A DNA stretch of 64,000 bases, taken from the NCBI GenBank assembly GCA_002269645.1, contig NIVC01000352.1:124001-188000 (forward strand), in the 5' to 3' direction. A program made the translations under genes and the position numbers. Source of the DNA: Macrostomum lignano (lineage: Eukaryota). Positions within the stretch are counted from its first letter, which is position 1; each line of letters begins with the position of its first letter. The notes under the pieces are model-generated. The model was not told the DNA's origin. It worked only from the letters and a program-made list of their open reading frames with translations, and did not search any database. This document shows positions 50,501 to 59,202 of the stretch, in pieces.

Positions 50501-51088
50501 TTCTAGGGTAAATGCTCTAGGGTAAGGGCTCTAGGGTAAGGGCTCTCGAGAAAGGGTTCTAGGGTAAATGCTCTAGGGTCAGGGCACTAGGGTCAAAGCT
50601 CTAGAGAAAGGGTTCTAGGGTAAATGCTCTAGGGTAAGGGTTCTAGGGTAAATGCTCTAGGGTAAGGGTTCTAGGGTAAATGCTCTAGGGTAAGGGTTCT
50701 AGGGTAAATGCTCTAGGGTAAGGGTTCTAGGGTAAATGCTCTAGGGTAAGGGTTCTAGGGTAAATGCTCTAGGGTAAGGGTTTTAGGGTAAATGCTCTAG
50801 GGTCAGGGCTCTAGGGTCAGGGCTCTAGGATAAGTGCTAGGATAAGTGCTTTAGAGTCAAGGCTATGCTTGAGCGAGAGCTAAAGATACGATAGGGTTAG
50901 GGTAGGGCTAAAGGGTTGCTAACCTTTCTGTCCTCCAGTCGGACGGCGTCGAACACTCGCCACAGCAGCTCCTGGCCGGCGCTGCCAGTCTGCCTTCGAA
51001 TCTGAAAAAGTCGGCCAATTGTTGGCGAAGTGTCTGGCGAACTCGAGGCCAGGTTGCTACCGCCGCCACCGCCGCTGCTGCTGCGCAT
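32578..51088 (-). CDS. SCYL2: SCY1-like pseudokinase (SCYL2/CVAK104-like) with HEAT repeats. Exons 51088-50924, 48195-48035, 45265-45169, 45096-45052, 44044-43904, 42791-42576, 38900-38784, 38307-38176, 36225-36046, 35616-35494, 35343-35227, 35149-35017, 34945-34714, 34165-33987, 32930-32578
   Basis: Phase-consistent GT-AG joins. Motifs FIFDK, RFRHPKLLQIWHPIEES, DSLAFATEPVWGSLANFLGN, VIHGNL (HRD degenerate), PDLDFMAPD, CDMFSFG, RHRPTA, KVLPHLIP match SCYL2. The last two exons are less certain. Confidence 0.9.
33065..33290. repeat. Minisatellite, 42-bp unit, ~5 copies (CAGCCACCTCACTCCCTAGCCCTCCCTAACCCCAAGCTCCTA)
   Basis: Tandem units. Confidence 0.9.
36315..36715. repeat. Minisatellite, ~30-bp unit (TCAGTCCTGCTCTGTTCTCAGAAGGGGGGT)
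   Basis: Tandem units in SCYL2 intron 8. Confidence 0.95.
37430..37860. repeat. Purine-rich 15/17-bp tandem repeat (CTCAGGAGAAGAGAA)
   Basis: Tandem units. Confidence 0.95.
38505..38670. repeat. Four degenerate 44-bp units, each containing AGCCAATCAG
   Basis: AGCCAATCAG starts at 38516, 38560, 38604 and 38648. Confidence 0.85.
38930..41250. repeat. Minisatellite, 24-bp unit (CTGCTGACACTACCTACTAGCAGC), ~95 copies
   Basis: Tandem units in SCYL2 intron 6. Confidence 0.97.
41895..42480. repeat. Minisatellite, 21-bp unit (ATCGATAAACACTATCCGTTA)
   Basis: Tandem units. Confidence 0.95.
43010..43130 (+). mobile_element. SINE 3' fragment (same family as 26885-27145)
   Basis: GGGCCGCTGTACACCCTATGTGAG..GCTCAGGAGTCAGCGGAACGGGCAGAATTGCC. 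Confidence 0.65.
44095..45035. repeat. Compound minisatellite: 24-bp (AATAATCAGACACAATGATGACCC) then 21-bp (GATCAGACACAAGGACAGACC) units, filling SCYL2 intron 4
   Basis: Both units share ATCAGACACAA; switch occurs near 44400-44500. Confidence 0.95.
45500..45782 (-). mobile_element. tRNA-derived CORE-type SINE
   Basis: Minus strand: A box TAGCCTAGTG, B box GGTTCGATTC, then GTGTCCTTGAGCAAGGCACTT..CAGTT..GTAAAATGGG, resembling the MIR/CORE domain. Confidence 0.8.
45990..46330 (-). mobile_element. Second, inverted, shorter copy of the 16-bp-array element
   Basis: GGGGGGCAT..AAACCCG end, GATGGGAAGTACTTTCGGAGTTGTG block and TGATATTTCGGGTTT units match the reverse complement of 24770-26270. Confidence 0.7.
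47075..47395. repeat. (GACTA)n pentanucleotide microsatellite with variants
   Basis: Direct reading. Confidence 0.95.
48440..49070. repeat. Minisatellite, 62-bp unit, ~10 copies
   Basis: GTTGTTCACAGCTCTGTCAGCTGTCAGAGACCGTACGGACAGTGCCACCGCTCTCTCATCCA repeated. Confidence 0.95.
50375..50905. repeat. Telomere-like 14-bp tandem repeat (CTAGGGTAAGGGTT / CTAGGGTAAATGCT)
   Basis: Units built on TAGGGT; a TAGGGTTAGGGTAGGG tract at ~50892 lies next to the SCYL2 exon-1 donor. Confidence 0.85.
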
Positions 51089-51925
51089 TGCAAGAGCGAT
51101 AACTGGGAGGGCCTGCTAGTCTTTGTTGCTGCCGGTCAGTCAAGCAAATTTGTTTGCTTGCTCAGCCAGCCAGTAGCAGAGCTACCGCCCAGTTTGTATG
51201 CCTACCGACTGTCTCAATCTCTCAGTACCGAACTGGACAGGAAAATGCGGCGGCTTTTTTTTAAAAACGCCTCGGCAGATTGGAGCTTTTCGGCGCGATT
51301 TTCTGAGCTTGCTGGCAAAATGCAGTCATAGGGACTGAGCGAGCGAAGAGGAGCCCGCGCAAGAGGAAGAGGAAAGGCGGAGTGGGGCGGGGCGCAGGGG
51401 ACTGTTTGAGGATCTGGGAAGCCAACCGGAGACGAAGGGAAGAGGAAGGTTTAGAGGAAGCCGATGAATAGGCAGCGGCAGGGATGCGGAGCGCTGCTAA
51501 TCCTGTCTATCGAGCCTAATCTACCAGACAGCGCCGGTCAGCCATTGGCTATTTGGCCCAGGGTCTCCGGCTCTCGTCCGCTGGCCGAGCGATAAGCCGT
51601 GGAGACTGGGCAGGGAGGCGCGATAGAGCAGCGATAGATTAGTGAGACGGCAGCGAATCCACCTAGCAGAGGATATTGAGAAGTGAAAATTAAACGGTAA
51701 AGAGCAAAATAGAGAAGGTCGCTCAGACAGGGAGAAAAAGGGTGAAAGTCTGAAGCTGAATCAGGGGGATGGAGAAGGAGAGGGAATAGATTGGATTAAT
51801 AATTTCAAGAGGAAGAGGATGAGAGGTCCGGGTTAAAGAGAACGCGTTCATGACACTTTTGCTGCAATATTTTGCATAAAAATTCAAAAGGAATTATTGC
51901 TTTATCATTTAGAATATCATCTCTT

Positions 51926-52000
51926 GAGTAGTGTAGCGATATAAAGCGTCTGAACCTAGCGCCAAACTACACACCCAGGTTCGAATCCGTGCGCGACCAG
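51926..52000 (+). mobile_element. Degenerate tRNA-like head (SINE or tRNA pseudogene)
   Basis: B box GGTTCGAATCC with upstream GTAGTGTAGCG; no convincing cloverleaf. Confidence 0.35.
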
Positions 52001-52389
52001 CATGTACGTGAGCCGTTCCTTCCATCCGCAGTTCGGGAACTGACAGATACAGCCGGCAGGCAGTCAGGCTGACTAACACAAAAAAATCAATATAAAAAGT
52101 TCAAAATCTTCCTGTCCCCCCCGGGTAGTCTAGTTGGCTATAAATTAACGCAGTTGGAGCAGGTGGATGAAGCTCACAGCATCCTGTTCGTGCAGATCGG
52201 TCATGACCGGATGCTGCGGGCCCAGCTGATAAAGGTGTTTTGCGGACAGAGACAGAGGGGGAGGCTGCGTGAAGGGAGCGACTTTGCTTCAGGAACAGCC
52301 GCCGCATTTATTGCAGCTTAATTTGGCAGGCCTCTGTAATATTAGTGACATTTTCTGGGATTCAAAATGAGATACAGTAGAATTTCCAT

Positions 52390-53130
52390 TAGATACTGAG
52401 AGTTTACCTGTGAGACAGTGAGACTCGCTATTGGATAATGAGAGTTTACCTGTGAGACAGTGAGACTCGCTATTGGATAATGAGAGTTTACCTGTGAGAC
52501 AGTGAGACTCGCTATTGGATAATGAGAGTTTACCTGTGAGACAGTGAGACTCGCTATTAGATAATGAGAGTTTACCTGTGAGACAGTGAGACTCGCTATT
52601 AGATAATGAGAGTTTACCTGTGAGACAGTGAGACTCGCTATTGGATAATGAGAGTTTACCTGTGAGACAGTGAGATTCGATATTAGATAATGAGAGTTTA
52701 CCTGTGAGACAGTCAGACTCGATATTAGATAATGAGAGTTTACCTGTGAGACAGTGAGACTCGCTATTAGATAATGAGAGTTTACCTGTGAGACAGTGAG
52801 ACTCGCTATTAGATAATGAGAGTTTACCTGTGAGACAGTCAGACTCGCTATTAGATAATGAGAGTTTACCTGTGAGACAGTGAGACTCGCTATTAGATAA
52901 TGAGAGTTTACCTGTGAGACAGTGAGACTCGCTATTAGATAATGAGAGTTTACCTCTAAGACAGTGAGACTCGCTATTAGATAATGAGAGTTTACCTGTG
53001 AGACAGTGAGACTCGCTATTAGATAATGAGAGTTTACCTGTGAGACAGTGAGACTCGCTATTAGATAATGAGAGTTTACCTGTGAGACAGTGAGACTCGC
53101 TATTAGATAATGAGGGTTTACCTGTGAGAC
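52390..53130. repeat. Minisatellite, 42-bp unit (GAGAGTTTACCTGTGAGACAGTGAGACTCGCTATTAGATAAT)
   Basis: Tandem units, ~17 copies. Confidence 0.95.
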
Positions 53131-54149
53131 AAGAGTTAGCCAAAAATGTGAAAAACAAGGACCAAACGTGTTTTTTCAGAAGAATTTTCTTTTTCTTAAG
53201 TGAAGAGTTTCGATTTTATAATATTCTCTTTTGCATTTTACTGACTGGAAAATCACTGCCGGGATTGCAGTCAAGCAGCCAGAGCGGTCTTGTTTCTTGT
53301 TTTCTTTGGCAGAAACAGGTCCACGGAAGGAAGTCGGTTGACATCAGCTTGAACGATATGTCAGAACGATATATAATTCAGAATTGACGTTTAAACACGA
53401 AAGCAGCGTTTTGATACCTATTAAAGTCCTTGACTATTTTAAAGCAAGATTATAATGAACAGAAACTTCTACTTGGAGCAGTAAGTAGTCGGTATAGACT
53501 TTGACTTGACATTGTTATTCAGTAAATTAATACGCTTGCTCACTATTACAATTTGATCGATATGATAGTTTATCGTCGCCCAACAGAGTACCAATCTCTG
53601 GGTGTCTCAATGCTGCATTTGCTGGCAGAGACAATAAAAAAACACAAGAAATTTATATTATAAAAGCATCTGGGATCAGTGCTAGCGCGAGTCCTTCCTT
53701 CTCGTGGCCATGACTGTACCTATTCGTGGGTTTCCAGTCCAGACGTTAAATGGTAACCCCGAGGTATCCAGAGAAACGGAAGGATAAAATTGATCTCTAT
53801 TGGGTTATTTTTGCATTCAGGCACGGTTTCTGCTTCTAAACAATTGTTGTGCACTATTAATTTGCTTTACAGAAACCAAATTTCTAAACCGCTGTGTTTT
53901 GCTGGGCCAATGTACACCGCACAGCGCACAGTGGCTTAGGAGTATCTTGTGCAAGGAAAGTGCAGCACTTGCTCGACAAGCAAGCGGCATTGGTTGGCTT
54001 GTCTGTTGCCAAATTATTATTTCTCTCAACTGCGCATAAATCTGTTTACCGGGCCCAGCCTCTCGGGCGCGCTCGGGCACAGGGTCAAACGAAATATCTT
54101 CTTCGTGTTTGAATAGAACTGCAAGCCTTAAAAACTCCGAGCATAGAGC

Positions 54150-56047
54150 ATGTCGGACGGTAATCAGGACGACAATTGCAGAGTTGACAGCATCAGAAGC
54201 GACAGCAGCGACAGCAGCGGCGGCAGCGGCGGCAGCGATGCACAATATAACGGCTTGTGCTCGAATTTCGACAGGATCAGCGTGCAGGATCCGGTTGAGG
54301 CCAACGAGGATGTGGTGCTGTTGAAAGGAAAGCCGCCGGGTCAGAAGAACAGAAGCTCCACGTGTCAGATTGCAACCAAGGAGAAGCTGAAAGAGATGCT
54401 GGTGAAGCGACAGCCGATTGACTACACAGTGGATATCAAGAGTTTGGACACGTAATGCACATCTAGGGTCAGGGCTTATGTATTTGAGCGACTAAACTCT
54501 AGGGGTTACATCTAGATATTACCTATAGTCTTGACTCCCATACAACTTCCATCTTCATCCCTACCATCCTCATCATCCGTATTTAGATTGCTCTTGACGG
54601 CACTTCCGACCAGTCTGTATTAGAAAGTCAGGGCCGCTGTACACCCTTTGTGAGCGTGTGTATGAGTGCGTGCTTGCGCTTGAATGTGCTCAGGAGTCAG
54701 CGGAATTGGCAGAATTGCAAGATTTCAAGGCTTATAGGGGAATTTCTGAGATGTCACTAGATTGCTAGAAACTCCTATCTCTCAAACCTATCTCTCCTAC
54801 ACAAATTCACAACTCTCTTTCAGCCCACTTCATCGGTTCCTTGAGGCACCTGAGAATCAACTGAAGTCGAGCAGCGAACTGTTGAGGCAGCTAAAGAGCA
54901 TTCTGACTGAACTGGACAAGCTTGGATTCGTGTCCGTCTACGTTAATATGCCCAACAAGTTTGGACGGGTGAGAATTTAGGGCAGGGGTCGGCGAACTCC
55001 GGCCCGTGGGCCACATGCGGCTCGCAAAGCCTCTCTATCCGGCCCTCGCCTCCTTTGAAGCTTCACATTAGCAACACGGGCCGCACAATGTTTAAGTCTC
55101 TCTCAGCGCTCTTCTCTCTTATCTCCTCCCTCCGCTCCTCTTCTCTCCTCTCTCCTCTTTTCTCTGCTCTCCTCTCCTCTCCTCTCCTCTCCTCTCCTCT
55201 CCTCTCCTCTCCTCTCCTCTCCTCTCCTCTCCTCTCGTCTCTTCTCGTCTCATCTCGTCTCATCTCCCCTGATCTCCTCCTCTCCTCTACTTTCTCCTCT
55301 CCTCTCTCTCATCTCTCCTCTCTCCTCTCTCCTCTCTCCTCTCTCTTCTTCTCTCCTCTCTCTTCTTCTCTCTTCTTCTATTCATCACTCCTCTCCCCTC
55401 TCGTCTCCTCGCTTCTCCTTTATTCTCTCGCCTTTCCTTTTCTGATCTCCCTACTATTGTCTCTTCTTTCCCTGCTCCGGTCCCTGCTTTCCCGACCCCT
55501 GCTTTAGGGCAATGGCAAAGTCGTATAACATTGAAAACCTCGCTCCAAAGATTTTGAAACCATATACCTTAACCCAAACACTCCTGTGAAGTAATTTCCC
55601 CAACCAAGTCACCATCTGAATCCAATAAAAGCAATTCGTAGCACTAACTGGTAGCAAATATTATGCTCTACGCGTATTAAGACTCCGCTGTCCCTGTGTC
55701 TAAAGTCGGAGCGCCTCATTGAGCTGATCTCTCCGCTAGTACTCCACGGCGCCCAGATGCATCACCTGTGCGGCGACCTAAACGAGCGATGCAACCATCT
55801 GCACTACGCTATGCTGAAGTCTTCGCCGCGCGTCATCAACGCTATCCTAGACGAGGTGCTTAACCAGGACCCGTTCGGAGCGGACGGCATGTACGCCTTG
55901 AACAAGCTCTACCAGACGCCAAAGGCTTCGCTGCAAGGCCGAATCAAGCAGGCCGCTGATCTTCCACACGTGCAGGACGAGTTGCGCCGCATCCTGGACA
56001 GAATCCCATGCTACCCGCCTGTTGAAGGGGTGTCTCTGCAGCTTTGA
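54150..56047 (+). CDS. Small ankyrin-repeat protein with Ser/Asp-rich N-terminus. Exons 54150-54451, 54824-54968, 55682-56047; ~270 aa
   Basis: Phase 2 and phase 0 GT-AG introns join to give the ankyrin-like motifs LDTPLHRFL and NKFGRTPLSLCL, plus NHLHYAM. Confidence 0.72.
54625..54720 (+). mobile_element. SINE 3' fragment (same family as 26885-27145)
   Basis: GGGCCGCTGTACACCCTTTGTGAG..GCTCAGGAGTCAGCGGAATTGGCAGAATTGC. Confidence 0.65.
54983..55501. mobile_element. hAT (Charlie/Buster-like) MITE containing a (CTCCT)n microsatellite
   Basis: TIR CAGGGGTCGG ... CCGACCCCTG; 8-bp TSD ATTTAGGG / CTTTAGGG (7 of 8 match). Confidence 0.85.
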
Positions 56048-56139
56048 ACAAAGCGTGCAGGCGTCAAAACCATTTTACAAATATAAGAATTCAGCTAAGC
56101 TGGTGCCATTTGTCAGGACAATCTCTACGACAGCGTAAG

Positions 56140-58790
56140 TACGGGTTCGTGTCAGTGTCTCGTTCTCCCAATGTCCTGATTCACTGTTTGTGCTGTCTCG
56201 CGACCTCAGTGTGTGTCTCATTTTCCAATGTCCCGATTCACTGTTTGTGCTGTCTCATGACCTCAGTGTGTGTCTCATTTTCCAATGTCCTGATTCACTG
56301 TTTGTACTGTCTCATGACCTCAGTGTGTGTCTCATTTTCCAATGTCCCGATTCACTGTTTGTGCTGTCTCATGACCTCCGTGTGGGTCTCATTTTCCAAT
56401 GTCCCGATTCACTGTTTGTGCTGTCTCATGACCTCCGTGTGGGTCTCATTTCCCAATGTCCTGATTCACTGTTTGTGCTGTCTCATGACCTCCGTGTGGG
56501 TCTCATTTTCCAATGTCCTGATTCACTGTTTGTGCTGTCTCATGACCTCAGTGTGTGTCTCATTTTCCAATGTCCCGATTCACTGTTTGCGCTGTCTCAT
56601 GACCTCAATGTGTGTCTCATTTCCCAATGTCCTGATTCACTGTTTTGTACTGTCTCATGACCTCCGTGTGGGTCTCATTTTCCAATGTCCCGATTCACTG
56701 TTTGTGCTGTCTCATGACCTCAGTGTGTGTCTCATTTTCCAATGTCCTGATTCACTGTTTGTACTGTCTCATGACCTCAGTGTGTGTCTCATTTTCCAAT
56801 GTCCCGATTCACTGTTTGTGCTGTCTCATGACCTCCGTGTGGGTCTCATTTTCCAATGTCCCGATTCACTGTTTGTGCTGTCTCATGACCTCCGTGTGGG
56901 TCTCATTTCCCAATGTCCTGATTCACTGTTTGTGCTGTCTCATGACCTCCGTGTGGGTCTCATTTTCCAATGTCCTGATTCACTGTTTGTGCTGTCTCAT
57001 GACCTCAGTGTGTGTCTCATTTTCCAATGTCCCGATTCACTGTTTGCGCTGTCTCATGACCTCAATGTGTGTCTCATTTCCCAATGTCCTGATTCACTGT
57101 TTTGTACTGTCTCATGACCTCCGTGTGGGTCTCATTTTCCAATGTCCCGATTCACTGTTTGCGCTGTCTCATGACCTCCGTGTGGGTCTCATTTCCCAAT
57201 GTCCTGATTCACTGTTTGTGCTGTCTCATGACCTCAGTGTGTGTCTCATTTTCCAATGTCCTGATTCACTGTTTGTGCTGTCTCATGACCTCAATGTGTG
57301 TCTCATTTCCCAATGTCCTGATTCACTGTTTTGTACTGTCTCATGACCTCCGTGTGGGTCTCATTTTCCAATGTCCTGATTCACTGTTTGCGCTGTCTCA
57401 TGACCTCCGTGTGGGTCTCATTTCCCAATGTCCTGATTCACTGTTTGTACTGTCTCATGACCTCCGTGTGTGTCTCATTTTCCAATGTCCCGATTCACTG
57501 TTTGTGCTGTCTCATGACCTCAATGTGTGTCTCATTTCCCAATGTCCTGATTCACTGTTTTGTACTGTCTCATGACCTCCGTGTGGGTCTCATTTTCCAA
57601 TGTCCTGATTCACTGTTTGTGCTGTCTCATGACCTCAATGTGTGTCTCATTTTCCAATGTCCTGATTCACTGTTTGTGCTGTCTCATGACCTCAGTGTGT
57701 GTCTCATTTTCCAATGTCCTGATTCACTGTTTGTGCTGTCTCATGACCTCAATGTGTGTCTCATTTCCCAATGTCCTGATTCACTGTTTTGTACTGTCTC
57801 ATGACCTCAGTGTGTGTCTCATTTTCCAATGTCCTGATTCACTGTTTGTGCTGTCTCATGACCTCAATGTGTGTCTCATTTCCCAATGTCCTGATTCACT
57901 GTTTGTGCTGTCTCGTGACCTCAGTGTGTGTCTCATTTTCCAATGTCCTGATTCACTGTTTGTACTGTCTCATGACCTCCGTGTGGGTCTCATTTCCCAA
58001 TGTCCTGATTCACTGTTTTGTACTGTCTCATGACCTCCGTGTGGGTCTCATTTTCCAATGTCCCGATTCACTGTTTGCGCTGTCTCATGACCTCCGTGTG
58101 TGTCTCATTTCCCGATGTCCCGATTCACTGTTTGTGCTGTCTCGCGACCTCAGTGTGTGTCTCATTTTCCAATGTCCCGATTCACTGTTTGTGCTGTCTC
58201 ATGACCTCCGTGTGGGTCTCATTTTCCAATGTCCTGATTCACTGTTTGTACTGTCTCATGACCTCAGTGTGTGTCTCATTTTCCAATGTCCTGATTCACT
58301 GTTTGTGCTGTCTCATGACCTCAATGTGTGTCTCATTTCCCAATGTCCTGATTCACTGTTTGTGCTGTCTCGTGACCTCAGTGTGTGTCTCATTTCCCAA
58401 TGTCCTGATTCACTGTTTGTACTGTCTCATGACCTCCGTGTGGGTCTCATTTCCCAATGTCCTGATTCACTGTTTTGTACTGTCTCATGACCTCCGTGTG
58501 GGTCTCATTTTCCAATGTCCCGATTCACTGTTTGCGCTGTCTCATGACCTCCGTGTGTGTCTCATTTCCCAATGTCCTGATTCACTGTTTGCGCTGTCTC
58601 ATGACCTCAGTGTGTGTCTCATTTTCCAATGTCCCGATTCATTGTTTGTGCTGTCTCATGACCTCCGTGTGGGTCTTATTTTCCAATGTCCTGATTCACT
58701 GTTTGTGCTGTCTCATGACCTCCGTGTGGGTCTCATTTTCCAATGTCCTGATTCACTGTTTGTACTGTCTCATGACCTCAGTGTCTCATT
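56140..58790. repeat. Minisatellite, 57-bp unit, ~46 copies, with higher-order periodicity
   Basis: TGTCTCATGACCTCAGTGTGTGTCTCATTTTCCAATGTCCTGATTCACTGTTTGTGC. A +1 T variant recurs at 229/457-bp spacing. Confidence 0.97.
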
Positions 58791-59202
58791 ATTAAATTTT
58801 CCAATTCGGAAAGCCAGTCAATGTAAATGCCTTTTGACTGGTCATTAATTTTTTCTCGTTTCGATTAAATTTATTTTCACGTTATTAATATTTAAGCTTA
58901 CATGCGCTTAAAAGACAGTGACACCGCTTGCTGCAAAGTAAACGCTGACACTCCACGATTCCTACCCGGCTAACAGCTTTTTCGAAAACCTGTTCCTAAC
59001 TTTGAAAACAGATTGTTTAGACATTCGGAGCATCGAAGCAAAATGAAAAATATATATTTAGATTCTTGTGCTCGCAAAAATAAAACATCAGAACGAGTAA
59101 AATTACAGAAAAACTGTTATTGTATTATTAATATCAAGGAATTTTATTTGTATCAATACAAACGGTAAATAAAGGTAATATTTATGAGTACATCGTTGAT
59201 GC

